A stretch of DNA of 64,000 nucleotides from an uncultured Pelagibacteraceae bacterium (GTDB lineage Bacteria; Pseudomonadota; Alphaproteobacteria; Pelagibacterales; Pelagibacteraceae): assembly GCA_902573865.1 (NCBI GenBank), contig CACGLI010000002.1:20753-84752 (forward strand). The letters are read 5' to 3'. Under the pieces are notes generated by a model. That model saw nothing but the letters and a program-made list of their open reading frames with translations. It had not been told where the DNA came from and did no database searches. Shown piece by piece: positions 50,930-61,786 of this stretch (positions within the stretch are counted from its first letter, which is position 1; the number at the start of each line of letters is the position of its first letter). Made by a program: the position numbers and the translations under genes.

Positions 50930-51286
50930 ATGAAAGTATCAGCCACACACGCAGCATTAAGTCTGCTATCTAAATTACAAGAAAAATATGGTGAAAAATT
51001 AATGTTTCATCAGTCAGGAGGATGTTGTGATGGTAGTGCTCCGATGTGTTTTAAAGAGGGAGAATTTCCTTTAGGAGATAACGACATTAAATTAGGAGAA
51101 ATAGGCGGTGTACCTTTTTATATGAATGGTGATCAATATGAAAAATGGAAACATACTGACTTAACGATAGATGCAGTTAAGGGGATAGGTGGAATGTTTT
51201 CACTAGATAATGGAACTGGTCAAAGATTTCTTACAAAATCAGAAATTTGCTTAGTAGTCGACAATGGAAAGCAAAAAACAGGCTAA
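50930..51286 (+). CDS. DUF779 family protein (start taken as ATG 50930)
   Basis: MFHQSGGCCDGSAPMC, WKHT.LTID, GGMFSL; typical partner of aldB. Confidence 0.88.
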   Translation: MKVSATHAALSLLSKLQEKYGEKLMFHQSGGCCDGSAPMCFKEGEFPLGDNDIKLGEIGGVPFYMNGDQYEKWKHTDLTIDAVKGIGGMFSLDNGTGQRFLTKSEICLVVDNGKQKTG

Positions 51287-51330
51287 TCTCTTTTATAGAC
51301 AACCTTATAAATATCTGTATTTAATTAAAT

Positions 51331-54006
51331 ATGAGCCAAATTTTACTTACAGATGTCAGAAAAAAATTTTTAGAGTATTTTAAGAAAAATAATCATCAAA
51401 TAGTAGAGTCAAGTAATCTTGTACCTAATAACGATCCAACTTTAATGTTTACCAATTCAGGAATGGTTCAGTTTAAAAATGTTTTTACTGGATTAGAAAA
51501 AAGATCTTATAAAACAGCCACAACTTCACAAAAATGTGTAAGAGCGGGAGGAAAACACAATGATCTAGAGAACGTTGGTTATACCCCAAGGCACCATACA
51601 TTTTTTGAGATGTTAGGAAATTTTTCATTTGGTGATTATTTTAAAGAACAAGCCATACATCATGCTTGGAATTTATTAACAAAAGACTTCAAACTACCTA
51701 AAGATAAACTTTCTGTTACTGTATTTCATGAAGATAACGAGTCTTTTAATTTATGGAAAAAAATAGCAGGTTTAAATGAAAATAAAATAATAAGAATTTC
51801 AACTTCAGATAATTTTTGGTCTATGGGTGATACAGGACCATGCGGACCGTGCTCAGAGATTTTTTACGATCATGGAGAAAAATTAAAAGGTGGTCCACCA
51901 GGAAGCCCAGATGAAGATGGTGATAGGTTTATTGAAATTTGGAATCTAGTTTTCATGCAATTCGAGCAAATTTCTAAAGAAAAAAGAATCGATTTGCCAA
52001 AACCTTCAGTTGATACAGGTATGGGGCTCGAGAGAATGACAGCTGTTCTTCAAGGGACACATGATAATTACAAAATAGATCACTTTCAAAAAATTATGGC
52101 CGCTTCATCAGAAATTACAAAGACCAAAATTAATAGTGAAACGATCGCTAGTCATAGAGTTATTGCAGACCACTTAAGAGCAAGTAGTTTTTTAATTGCC
52201 GAGGGGATACTTCCTTCTAACGAAGGTAGAGGATACGTATTAAGAAGAATTATGAGGAGGGGAATGAGACACGCTCACTCTTTAAAAAGTAAAGATCCTG
52301 TTTTTTATAAGCTTTTTGAAGTTTTATTAAATGAAATGAAAACTAGCTATCCTGAACTGACCAAAGGAAAAGAATTAATAGTCGAAACTCTAAAAAATGA
52401 AGAAGAAAAATTTTCATCTCTTTTAGAGCGAGGAATGAAAATACTTGATACAAATTTAAATAAAGTTCAAAATAAAATTCTTTCGGGCGCAGAAGCATTT
52501 AAACTGTACGATACTTATGGATTCCCCTTAGATCTCACTGCAGACATCTTAAGAAGCAAAGGCATTAAGGTAGATAACACCGGTTTTGAAAGAGAGATGG
52601 AAAAAAGCAAAGCTTTAGCAAGAGCTAATTGGAAAGGATCAGGAGACAAATCTGTTGAGGAAAGATGGTTTAAAATTAGAGAGGAACTGAACCCCACAGA
52701 ATTTTTAGGCTATGAATTTGATAAAGCTGAAGGCGTAATAATAAAAATTTGTAAAAACAATAAGTTTGTTGACAAGGCTAATTCTGGGGATGATATAGAA
52801 GTAATAACAAATCAAACACCATTTTATGGAGAGTCAGGTGGGCAAGTAGGTGACCAAGGTTATATTTTTAGTTCTAACTGCAAAATTAAAATAAATGATA
52901 CTCAAAAAAAAATGGGAGATTTATTTGTTCATTATGGAAAAATTGAAAATGGATCAATCAAAATAGGAGAAAATGTTAATTTAGAAATTGATAAAAAAAA
53001 AAGAAATAATTCTAGAGCTAATCATTCCGCAACACATTTGCTACATGAGTCACTAAGAAGAACATTGGGAAAGCATGTTATACAAAAAGGATCTTTGGTT
53101 TCCCCTGAAAGACTAAGATTTGATTTTAGTCATAACAAACCTATCGAAAAAGAGGAGATGATTAAAATTAATAGAATAGTGAATGAAATTGTTGATAGAT
53201 CCTCAGACGTTCAAACAAGAATAATGACACCCAAAGAGGCAGTTAGTATGGGCGCTTTAGCTTTATTTGGTGAAAAATATGGTGATGAGGTGCGAGTTGT
53301 TTTTATGGGAAAAGAAAACAATGGTTTTTTTTCAACCGAACTATGTGGAGGCACACATGTAAAGAACACCAAAGAAGTGGGTAAATTTAAAATTATAAGC
53401 CAATCTTCAATTGCTTCGGGAGTCAGAAGAGTTGAAGCTTTAAGAGATGATCAACTTGAAAAATATGAAAAAAATAAACAAAAAGAAATTAAAGCAGAAG
53501 AGACAAATTTTTTAAAAGACATTGAATTAATTAAGAAAGAATTACAAAAATTAAAAATTAAACCAAAATATGATGATCATTTTGATCTAAAAGAAAATTT
53601 GAAAAATTTAAAAAAGCAACTAGATAAAGTAAAAGTTGAAAATATAAAAAAAGATAAAAATAAAAACATAATAAAAGACCAGAAAATCGGTAATGTATTA
53701 CTTCGAAAACAAATTTTAAATGATTTTCCACCAAAAGAACTAAGAAGTATTGTGGACGAAGGAAAAAAAGAGATAAAATCAGGAATTGTGATTGGTTTTT
53801 CAATATTTGAAGAAAAGGTTGGTATAGCAATCGGAATATCAAAAGATTTAACAACAAAATATGATGCAGTTCAACTCGTTAAGGTTGCCTCAAACATTTT
53901 AGGAGGAACAGGTGGAGGTGGAAGAAAAGATTTTGCGCAAGCAGGAGGTATCAATAGAAACAAGATAGATGAAGCTTATAATAAAATATTAGAAAAAATT
54001 AGTTAA
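51331..54006 (+). CDS. alaS: Alanine-tRNA ligase
   Basis: [38 protein letters not shown]. Confidence 0.98.
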   Translation: MSQILLTDVRKKFLEYFKKNNHQIVESSNLVPNNDPTLMFTNSGMVQFKNVFTGLEKRSYKTATTSQKCVRAGGKHNDLENVGYTPRHHTFFEMLGNFSFGDYFKEQAIHHAWNLLTKDFKLPKDKLSVTVFHEDNESFNLWKKIAGLNENKIIRISTSDNFWSMGDTGPCGPCSEIFYDHGEKLKGGPPGSPDEDGDRFIEIWNLVFMQFEQISKEKRIDLPKPSVDTGMGLERMTAVLQGTHDNYKIDHFQKIMAASSEITKTKINSETIASHRVIADHLRASSFLIAEGILPSNEGRGYVLRRIMRRGMRHAHSLKSKDPVFYKLFEVLLNEMKTSYPELTKGKELIVETLKNEEEKFSSLLERGMKILDTNLNKVQNKILSGAEAFKLYDTYGFPLDLTADILRSKGIKVDNTGFEREMEKSKALARANWKGSGDKSVEERWFKIREELNPTEFLGYEFDKAEGVIIKICKNNKFVDKANSGDDIEVITNQTPFYGESGGQVGDQGYIFSSNCKIKINDTQKKMGDLFVHYGKIENGSIKIGENVNLEIDKKKRNNSRANHSATHLLHESLRRTLGKHVIQKGSLVSPERLRFDFSHNKPIEKEEMIKINRIVNEIVDRSSDVQTRIMTPKEAVSMGALALFGEKYGDEVRVVFMGKENNGFFSTELCGGTHVKNTKEVGKFKIISQSSIASGVRRVEALRDDQLEKYEKNKQKEIKAEETNFLKDIELIKKELQKLKIKPKYDDHFDLKENLKNLKKQLDKVKVENIKKDKNKNIIKDQKIGNVLLRKQILNDFPPKELRSIVDEGKKEIKSGIVIGFSIFEEKVGIAIGISKDLTTKYDAVQLVKVASNILGGTGGGGRKDFAQAGGINRNKIDEAYNKILEKIS

Positions 54007-55213
54007 GTTTTTTTTTTAAATTTCCGTCAATTGCTTCTAAAAATTGATTTGTAGTAAGATATTTTGTTGATTTACCAATCAGAATTGCTAGATCCTTGGT
54101 CATAGATCCGCTTTCTACAGTTTTAACGCACACCTCTTCTAAACTTTGAGAAAACTCTATCAAATCATCATTGTTATCTAGTTTTCCTCTATGGGCTAAA
54201 CCTCTGGTCCATGCAAATATTGATGCTATAGGATTTGTTGATGTTTCTTTACCTTGTTGGTGCATTCTATAATGTCTCGTTACGGTTCCGTGTGCAGCTT
54301 CAGACTCAACTGTTTTACCATCTGGTGTCATTAAAACACTAGTCATTAATCCAAGCGAGCCAAATCCTTGTGCTACGGTATCAGATTGTACATCACCATC
54401 ATAGTTTTTACATGCCCAAACATAACCACCATTCCATTTCATTGCACATGCAACCATGTCATCTATTAATCTATGTTCATAGGTAATATTTGCTTTATTA
54501 AATTCATCCGAAAATTCCTTTTCATAAATTTCTTGGAAAAGATCTTTAAATCTTCCATCATAAGCTTTTAAGATTGTATTTTTTGTAGATAAATATACTG
54601 GCCATTTCCTTCCAAGCCCATAATTCATGCATGCTCTCGCAAAGTTTTTTATAGAATCATCTAAATTGTACATAGTAAGCGCGGTACCTGACCCAGGAAA
54701 ATTAAAAACTTTAAATTCTTTTTTATCTTTCCCGTCTTTTGATGTCCATTTTACCTCTAAATTTCCTTCACCAGGGATGAGAAAATCAGTAGCTCTATAT
54801 TGATCTCCAAAAGCGTGTCTGCCTATTACAATTGGTTTTGTCCAGCCAGGAACAAGTTTTGGCACATTTTTACAAATAATCGGTTCTCTAAAAACAGTCC
54901 CTCCTAGAATATTTCTGATGGTACCGTTAGGAGATCTCCACATTTTTTTTAACTTAAATTCCTCAACTCTTGATTCATCTGGAGTAATAGTAGCGCATTT
55001 CACACCCACACCATATTTTTTGATAGCGTTAGCTGCATCTACAGTTATTTGGTCATCAGTTGCATCTCGACTTTCCATTCCTAGATCGTAATATTTCAAA
55101 TTTATCTCTAAATAAGGCTTTATTAACTTATCTTTGATAAAAGCCCATATTATTCTGGTCATTTCATCGCCGTCTAGCTCTACAATTGGATTTTTTACCT
55201 TTATTTTAGCCAT
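53999..55213 (-). CDS. icd: NADP-dependent isocitrate dehydrogenase
   Basis: [32 protein letters not shown]. Confidence 0.97.
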   Translation of the reverse strand: MAKIKVKNPIVELDGDEMTRIIWAFIKDKLIKPYLEINLKYYDLGMESRDATDDQITVDAANAIKKYGVGVKCATITPDESRVEEFKLKKMWRSPNGTIRNILGGTVFREPIICKNVPKLVPGWTKPIVIGRHAFGDQYRATDFLIPGEGNLEVKWTSKDGKDKKEFKVFNFPGSGTALTMYNLDDSIKNFARACMNYGLGRKWPVYLSTKNTILKAYDGRFKDLFQEIYEKEFSDEFNKANITYEHRLIDDMVACAMKWNGGYVWACKNYDGDVQSDTVAQGFGSLGLMTSVLMTPDGKTVESEAAHGTVTRHYRMHQQGKETSTNPIASIFAWTRGLAHRGKLDNNDDLIEFSQSLEEVCVKTVESGSMTKDLAILIGKSTKYLTTNQFLEAIDGNLKKKLN

Positions 55214-55279
55214 AAAAACAATTTGATTATGGATGATTTTTATACATATTAAAGAAAATTATCAAACTTTATTAACATT

Positions 55280-55927
55280 ATGATAGATAACATTTTTCCA
55301 AAGATTCATAAAGAGGGATATAAATTTTTAGCTATATCCATAATATTAACATTTTTTGCTTGGTTATTTTCAGGAATTTTATTTTTAGTTTTACTTATTA
55401 TTACTATCTGGGTTTATTATTTTTTTAGAGATCCAGATAGAGTGCCTATCGAAGACGACTCATTTCTTGTAAGTCCAGCGGATGGTTTAATAACTCAAAT
55501 CATAGAAACTGATGGACCAAAAGAATTAAATTTAAATAATGAAAAATTTACTAAGATAAGTGTTTTTATGAATGTATTTAATTGCCATGTAAATAGAATT
55601 CCAATAACCGGAACGATTGATGAGATTTTTTATAAACCAGGCAAATTTTTGAACGCATCATTAGATAAAGCAAGCGAAGAAAATGAGAGAAATTATTATA
55701 AAATTACCTCTGAGAATAAGGATGAAATAATCATAGTGCAAATTGCTGGACTGATAGCAAGAAGGATCGTTTGTGATGTGAGTAAAAATCAATCTCTTAA
55801 ACAAGGTGAAAGATTAGGTATGATAAGGTTTGGAAGTAGAGTTGATATATATTTCAAAAACTTTAGTGTACTCGCAAAAGTTGGCCAAAATGTTAGCGCA
55901 GGTGAGAGCCTACTAGCAAAAAAATAA
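55280..55927 (+). CDS. psd: Phosphatidylserine decarboxylase proenzyme
   Basis: FFRDP, SPADG, HVNR, RFGSRVD cleavage motif. Confidence 0.95.
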   Translation: MIDNIFPKIHKEGYKFLAISIILTFFAWLFSGILFLVLLIITIWVYYFFRDPDRVPIEDDSFLVSPADGLITQIIETDGPKELNLNNEKFTKISVFMNVFNCHVNRIPITGTIDEIFYKPGKFLNASLDKASEENERNYYKITSENKDEIIIVQIAGLIARRIVCDVSKNQSLKQGERLGMIRFGSRVDIYFKNFSVLAKVGQNVSAGESLLAKK

Positions 55928-56709
55928 TGGAAAATAAAAAATTCAAAATTGTTCAGTCAAAAAAAACCAGATATATTTTACCAAATCTTTTGACAATAGC
56001 TGGAGTATGTTTAGGTATTAGTTCTATAAAATTTTCATTAGATTTAAATTTTAAATTGGCAGTAATCTTTATTCTTTTAGCATCAATACTAGATGCGTTA
56101 GACGGAAGAATAGCGAGACTTATAAAAGGTACGACAGATTTTGGAAAAGAATTGGACTCTTTAACTGATTTTGTAAGCTTTGGTATAGCACCGGCATTTA
56201 TTATTTATTTTTGGAGTCTCAATCAATACGGAAAAATTGGATGGGCAATTACTCTTATATTTTCAGTTTGTTGTGTATTAAGATTGGCAAGATTTAATCT
56301 TACAAAGTATAGCGGTGATCAAGAATGGAAACTTAATTACTTTGAGGGTATTCCATCCCCAATTGGAGCAATCCTTATTTTGATGCCGCTTATAAATGAA
56401 TTATCAGAATTTAGAAATATTATAGATTTAGAATTTATCACCCCTATCCTTACAATTGTAATTTCATTATTGCTGATAAGTAAAATTCCGACTTATTCAT
56501 TTAAGAAAATTAAGATTAAGCCATCTCTCACAATTTTTATTTTACTTGTTGCAGGAATTTCTTTGGTGTCAGTAATGTTTTTTACCTTTGAAACGTTGTT
56601 TTTATTTGGTTTATTTTATTTAATTTCTTTACCTCTTTCATTTTACACTTTTAGAATGAAAAAAAGTATTCAAAATGAAATTGAAGATGAGCACGAAGAT
56701 GTTCTCTGA
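55927..56709 (+). CDS. pssA: CDP-diacylglycerol-serine O-phosphatidyltransferase
   Basis: DALDGRIAR...FGKELDSLTDFVSFG, RLARFN; follows psd. Confidence 0.92.
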   Translation: MENKKFKIVQSKKTRYILPNLLTIAGVCLGISSIKFSLDLNFKLAVIFILLASILDALDGRIARLIKGTTDFGKELDSLTDFVSFGIAPAFIIYFWSLNQYGKIGWAITLIFSVCCVLRLARFNLTKYSGDQEWKLNYFEGIPSPIGAILILMPLINELSEFRNIIDLEFITPILTIVISLLLISKIPTYSFKKIKIKPSLTIFILLVAGISLVSVMFFTFETLFLFGLFYLISLPLSFYTFRMKKSIQNEIEDEHEDVL

Positions 56710-57323
56710 TGAAAAACAAAAGTTCAAAAAATTGGATTATAAGACAGCATAGAGATCAATACTTTAAAAAAGCCAAAATCGAAGGATACAGATCCAGAGC
56801 TGCATTTAAGCTGATTGAAATTAATTCAAAATTTAAAATTTTAAAGAGGAACACTAATCTTTTAGATCTAGGAAGTTATCCTGGGGGTTGGTCTCAAGTT
56901 GCTAGCAAAATAATTTTAAACGGAAAAATTTTGTCTGTAGATATGAAAGAGATGAAACCTATAAGTAATGTAAAATTTGTTAAGAAAGACTTTTTACAAG
57001 AAGAATCACAAAACTTTATTTTTTCATATTTTAGAGAAAAAATTGATGTAATAACTTCAGATATGGCTGCCGATACAACTGGCAATAAGGATTTGGACAG
57101 CATAAGAACAAATTCAATATGTCTAGAAGTACTAAATTTTTCGTCAAAAATATTAAATTCTAAGGGAATTCTAGTGTCAAAAATATTTATGGGACAGGAT
57201 TTTGAATTAGTTAAAAAAGAAGCAAAAAAAAAATTCAATAAAGTCAACTTTTATAAACCCGACTCAAGCCGAACTAATTCGAAAGAAACTTATTTACATT
57301 GCCAAGGATTTAAGACTTTATAA
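56709..57323 (+). CDS. rlmE: 23S rRNA (U2552-2'-O) methyltransferase RlmE
   Basis: YRSRAAFKL, DLGSYPGGWSQ, SDMA, KPDSSR..SKE. Confidence 0.93.
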   Translation: MKNKSSKNWIIRQHRDQYFKKAKIEGYRSRAAFKLIEINSKFKILKRNTNLLDLGSYPGGWSQVASKIILNGKILSVDMKEMKPISNVKFVKKDFLQEESQNFIFSYFREKIDVITSDMAADTTGNKDLDSIRTNSICLEVLNFSSKILNSKGILVSKIFMGQDFELVKKEAKKKFNKVNFYKPDSSRTNSKETYLHCQGFKTL

Positions 57324-57349
57324 ATTTAAGAAATCGTTTATAAGTTTAT

Positions 57350-58429
57350 ATGGAACTAATAAAAGAAGCACTTACTTTTGATGATGTTTTGTTAGAACCT
57401 CAATATTCAAATGTTCTTCCGTCAGACGTAATCCTTGATCAAAAACTCTCAAAAAAGTTAATTTTAAGATTACCATTTCTTTCTGCTGCAATGGATACTG
57501 TTACTGAAAGTAAAATGGCAATCGTGATGGCTAGACTTGGAGGTATTGGAGTTATACATAGAAATTTAAATATCTCTAAACAGTTATCTGAAGTTGAAAG
57601 AGTAAAAAAGAAAAATTTGGTCGTTGGTGCTGCTGTTGGAACAAATAAACAAAGTCTCACAAGAGTTAAAAATTTAATAGAAAAAAATATTGACTTATTG
57701 GTAGTTGATACAGCGCATGGACACAGCAAAAAAGTTTTAGATATGGTGGAAAAAATAAAGAAAATTTCAAATAAAATCCCTTTATGTGTTGGAAATATAG
57801 CTACAGGTAAAGCAGCAAAACAACTATATAATGTTGGTGCAGATATTTTGAAAGTAGGAATAGGTCCCGGATCGATTTGCACAACAAGAATGGTTGCTGG
57901 AATAGGAGTACCTCAAATTACAGCTATATTAAGTGTTAAAAATGCAATATCAAAAAAAAATATTAAAATAATTTCTGACGGTGGAATAAAATTTTCTGGA
58001 GATATAATAAAAGCTCTTGCGGCTGGAGCAGATGCTATTATGATGGGTTCAATATTTGCAGGAACTGACGAGAGTCCAGGTAAAAAATTTAAATATAAAA
58101 ACAAATTTTACAAAACCTACAGGGGAATGGGCTCCATAGGTGCCATGTCTTCTGGATCAGCAGATAGATACTTTCAAAAAAAACAAAAAGATAATTCAAA
58201 ATTTGTACCAGAGGGTGTAGAGAGTAGGGTATTATATAAGGGGTCTATGAAAAAAATTATTTATCAATTGCAAGGCGGCCTAAGATCATCTATGGGCTAT
58301 ATTGGCGCAAAAAAAATAAAAGATATTCAAAAAAGAGCAAAATTTGTTAAAATCACAAAGGCTGGTTTTTATGAAAGTGGTGTACACAGCGTGCAAATTA
58401 CTGGAAGTTCCGAAAATTATAAATTATGA
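57350..58429 (+). CDS. guaB: IMP dehydrogenase, short form without CBS pair
   Basis: [39 protein letters not shown]. Confidence 0.95.
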   Translation: MELIKEALTFDDVLLEPQYSNVLPSDVILDQKLSKKLILRLPFLSAAMDTVTESKMAIVMARLGGIGVIHRNLNISKQLSEVERVKKKNLVVGAAVGTNKQSLTRVKNLIEKNIDLLVVDTAHGHSKKVLDMVEKIKKISNKIPLCVGNIATGKAAKQLYNVGADILKVGIGPGSICTTRMVAGIGVPQITAILSVKNAISKKNIKIISDGGIKFSGDIIKALAAGADAIMMGSIFAGTDESPGKKFKYKNKFYKTYRGMGSIGAMSSGSADRYFQKKQKDNSKFVPEGVESRVLYKGSMKKIIYQLQGGLRSSMGYIGAKKIKDIQKRAKFVKITKAGFYESGVHSVQITGSSENYKL

Positions 58430-58845
58430 TAAAAATTTTAATATTAACATTCTATTTTTTTCTAATCCATAATACCTCTTTTTCGCAAGATAATTATTTG
58501 AATGAGGGAATAGAATTATTTGAAAAAAAAAAATACGATAAGGCAAAATTTAAATTTGAGCAAGAAATTGTGCATAATCCAAAAAGTGAACAATCATATT
58601 TGTATCTTGCTAAAATATTTAAATATAAAAAAAACGATAATTTGTCCGAGAGAAATTTAGATACAACGATATTATTAAACCCTAAAAATGAAGATGCTTT
58701 ATATGAGCTTATTTTATTAAAAATAAAAAAATCTGATTTTTCGGAAAGTGAAAATTTAATAAATAAGTTTAGTTCTGTTTGTGAACTTTTATGTTCAAAA
58801 AAAGATCAACTTGTTAAATTAAGAAAAGACTCTTTAAAAAAATAA
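58426..58845 (+). CDS. Secreted TPR protein
   Basis: Signal peptide plus TPR-like repeats (NPKSEQSYLYLA, LNPKNEDALY). Confidence 0.7.
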   Translation: MIKILILTFYFFLIHNTSFSQDNYLNEGIELFEKKKYDKAKFKFEQEIVHNPKSEQSYLYLAKIFKYKKNDNLSERNLDTTILLNPKNEDALYELILLKIKKSDFSESENLINKFSSVCELLCSKKDQLVKLRKDSLKK

Positions 58846-60411
58846 ATGAAAACTTTAAAGAGTAGACCTCGAGAAAAAATTATAATTATAGATTTTGGAT
58901 CTCAAGTCACTAAATTAATTGCAAGGAGAGTAAGAGATTTAGGTGTCTATTCAGAGATAATTACACCAAAAGAGTTTGTAAGACTGGGAGATTTTCAAGC
59001 TATTAAGGGAATCATACTTTCCGGGGGGCCGTCGACGGTTACTAAGAAAAGATTTCAAACAATACCTAAGAGAATTTTATTACAAAATATACCAATTTTA
59101 GGCATTTGTTATGGATTACAACTTATATCAAAACTACTTGGTGGAAAGATAAAATCATCAAATAAAAGAAGAGAATTTGGCAAAACTTATATATCAGAAA
59201 AAAGAAAATCTTTACTAACTGCAAATTTCTTTAAATCAAAAAATTATGTTTGGATGAGCCATGAAGATGCAGTAATTAAATTACCAAAAAACTTCAAAAT
59301 TGTCGCTTCCACTGAAGACTCAAAAATGACGATTATCGAGAATAGTCAAATGAAAATTTATGGAGTTCAGTTCCACCCAGAGGTAACACATACTAATAAT
59401 GGAAAACAAATATTTAAAAACTTTGTATTTTCTATTTGTAAAGCCAAAAAGGAATGGAACATAATTTCACAAAAAAATAAACTTATTAAAGAAATTCAAA
59501 AAAATATTAAAAAGGAAAAAGTTATTTGCGCATTATCTGGTGGAGTTGATAGCAGTGTGGTAGCTCTATTAATCAATAAGGCAATAAAAAAAAATCTAAT
59601 TTGCATTATGGTTGACACCGGATTAATGAGAAAAAATGAATTTAAAAATATTTTTAGAATATTTAAATATAAATATAAATTAAATGTTAAATTAATAAAT
59701 TCATCTGATATTTTTTTAAATAAACTTAAAAACATTTCAAATCCAGAAAAAAAAAGAAAAATAATTGGAAAATTATTTATTAAAATTTTTGAAAAAGAGG
59801 CAAAAAAATTTAAAAATGTGAAATTTTTGGCGCAAGGAACTCTTTATCCAGATATCATAGAAAGCCGAACGTCAACAGGAAGTAAAACTTCAAAAATTAA
59901 GTCACACCATAATGTTGGAGGATTACCAAAAAAAATGAATTTTAAATTAATTGAACCTTTAAAAAACTTTTTTAAAGATGAAGTAAGAAAACTGGGAAAA
60001 TCTTTAGGTCTTTCAAAGAAAATCATCTCGAGGCACCCTTTCCCTGGACCTGGGTTAGCAATTAGGATTGTCGGGAATATTACACCTGAAAAAATTAAAA
60101 TTCTTCAAGAGGCAGATCACATATATATTAATCAACTCATCAAAAATAATCTTTATAATAAAATTTGGCAGGCATACGCTGCTTTATTGCCTTTAAGAAC
60201 CGTTGGTGTAATGGGAGATACTAGAACTTATGAATACACTTGTTTACTTAGGGCAGTTACCTCTGAGGACGGTATGACTGCAGATTATTACAGTTTTTCA
60301 AAAGATTTTATAGATGAGATATCAAATAAAATTATTAATAATGTAAGAGGTATCAATAGGGTAGTATACGATATCACTTCAAAACCACCAAGCACTATTG
60401 AGTTAGAGTAG
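58846..60411 (+). CDS. guaA: GMP synthase (glutamine-hydrolysing)
   Basis: DFGSQ, GICYG, QFHPE, SGGVDS, KSHHN, KPPSTIE. Confidence 0.98.
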   Translation: MKTLKSRPREKIIIIDFGSQVTKLIARRVRDLGVYSEIITPKEFVRLGDFQAIKGIILSGGPSTVTKKRFQTIPKRILLQNIPILGICYGLQLISKLLGGKIKSSNKRREFGKTYISEKRKSLLTANFFKSKNYVWMSHEDAVIKLPKNFKIVASTEDSKMTIIENSQMKIYGVQFHPEVTHTNNGKQIFKNFVFSICKAKKEWNIISQKNKLIKEIQKNIKKEKVICALSGGVDSSVVALLINKAIKKNLICIMVDTGLMRKNEFKNIFRIFKYKYKLNVKLINSSDIFLNKLKNISNPEKKRKIIGKLFIKIFEKEAKKFKNVKFLAQGTLYPDIIESRTSTGSKTSKIKSHHNVGGLPKKMNFKLIEPLKNFFKDEVRKLGKSLGLSKKIISRHPFPGPGLAIRIVGNITPEKIKILQEADHIYINQLIKNNLYNKIWQAYAALLPLRTVGVMGDTRTYEYTCLLRAVTSEDGMTADYYSFSKDFIDEISNKIINNVRGINRVVYDITSKPPSTIELE

Positions 60412-60432
60412 TAAGTTTATTAGATTATAAAC

Positions 60433-61209
60433 ATGTCTTCAAATAAAATAATAAAGATAAAAAATAAAAAAAAAAAAACAAAAATTGTTTGCTTAACCGC
60501 TTATTCTAAAAATATTGCTAAAATTTTAGACAACCAATGTGATATTGTGCTAGTAGGGGACTCAATGGCTAATGTTTTGTATGGAATGAAAAATACAAAT
60601 GAAATATTACTTGAAACAATTATTAAGCACGCAAAAGCTGTTAGGCTTGGGTTAAACAAATCATTAATGGTAGTTGATATGCCCGCCAAAACCTACAGGA
60701 GCACATCTGAAGCAAAAAAAAATGCAAAATTAATTATAAAAAAAACAAGATGTGATGCAGTTAAAATCGAAAGCAATAAAATGAATTTTAAAATAATTAA
60801 AGCGCTTGTCAAAGCCAATATTCCCGTAATGGGACATATAGGATTTACTCCACAATTTAAAAAAAGGTTTAAAATATTTGGTAAGACTAGTTTAGAAAAG
60901 AAAAAACTTTTAAACGAAGCGATCTTAATTGAAAAAGCTGGCGCGTTCTCTCTGGTATTAGAGTGTGTAACAGAGTCTGCAGCTAGATTGATAACAAATA
61001 AAATAAAAGTACCTACAATAGGTATCGGGTCTTCGTCATCATGCGATGGGCAAATTTTAGTCACTGATGACATAATAGGATTAAGCGGCTTTTATCCAAG
61101 ATTTGTAAAAAAATATTTGAATTTGAATAAATTAATATTAAAAGCAGTTAGGAAATACAAACAGGATGTAAAAAAACAATATTTTCCTCTTAAAAAACAT
61201 ACTTATTAA
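60433..61209 (+). CDS. panB: 3-methyl-2-oxobutanoate hydroxymethyltransferase
   Basis: LTAY, LVGDS, VDMP, GHIGFTPQ, IGIG...CDGQILV. Confidence 0.93.
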   Translation: MSSNKIIKIKNKKKKTKIVCLTAYSKNIAKILDNQCDIVLVGDSMANVLYGMKNTNEILLETIIKHAKAVRLGLNKSLMVVDMPAKTYRSTSEAKKNAKLIIKKTRCDAVKIESNKMNFKIIKALVKANIPVMGHIGFTPQFKKRFKIFGKTSLEKKKLLNEAILIEKAGAFSLVLECVTESAARLITNKIKVPTIGIGSSSSCDGQILVTDDIIGLSGFYPRFVKKYLNLNKLILKAVRKYKQDVKKQYFPLKKHTY

Positions 61210-61214
61210 TCGAT

Positions 61215-61784
61215 ATGAATGATCAAAATTTAGATATCAAAGAAAATAAATTAAAAATTTTTTTTCAAACAAACCTAAAAAAAGGAATTTTATTAATATT
61301 GACAGTCATTATAATTTTTTTTGGATATATAGCCTATAATTATTATAAAGATGTTCAAAATACTAAAGTTTCAGATAAATTTAATAACATTCTAATAAAA
61401 ATTTCAAAAAATAAAAAATCTTTAGTTCAAGATCAATTAATAGAAATTGTTCATGAAAAAAACAAGTTTTACTCACCAATGGCTTTAAATTTAATAATTG
61501 AAAAAAATATTGAAATAAAGGACGAGGAAATAATGAATCTTTTTAATGTTATATTAGGCATCTCTGATATGGATAAAAGCGATAAAGATCTTTTTAAGAT
61601 TAAAAAAGCAATGTTTATTTCTAAAGAAATTAAGAATGAGGATGAAATTCTTAAATTGCTCAGACCAATTATTAATTCAGATTCTGTTTGGAGAATTAAA
61701 GCTTTAAAATTTTTAGAGAAATATTATCTCACAAACAATGAAAAAAAAAAGGCTAAAGAATTTTCTGATTTAATAAAAAAATAG
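61215..61784 (+). CDS. YfgM-like membrane-anchored TPR protein
   Basis: Single N-terminal TM, helical periplasmic part, upstream of a BamB-like gene. Confidence 0.6.
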   Translation: MNDQNLDIKENKLKIFFQTNLKKGILLILTVIIIFFGYIAYNYYKDVQNTKVSDKFNNILIKISKNKKSLVQDQLIEIVHEKNKFYSPMALNLIIEKNIEIKDEEIMNLFNVILGISDMDKSDKDLFKIKKAMFISKEIKNEDEILKLLRPIINSDSVWRIKALKFLEKYYLTNNEKKKAKEFSDLIKK

Positions 61785-61786
61785 CT

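Noticed and set aside
60466-60478. A13 homopolymer at the start of panB (and other A10-A11 runs) as phase-variation tracts
   Set aside because: In frame, encodes lysine runs; such runs are common throughout this AT-rich window, including in essential genes.
2205-61073. Numerous 60-175 aa ORFs from the track antisense to or nested in core genes (e.g. 9444-9968, 49834-50262, 57439-57882)
   Set aside because: They lie wholly over well-supported genes and show no recognisable motifs; typical shadow ORFs.
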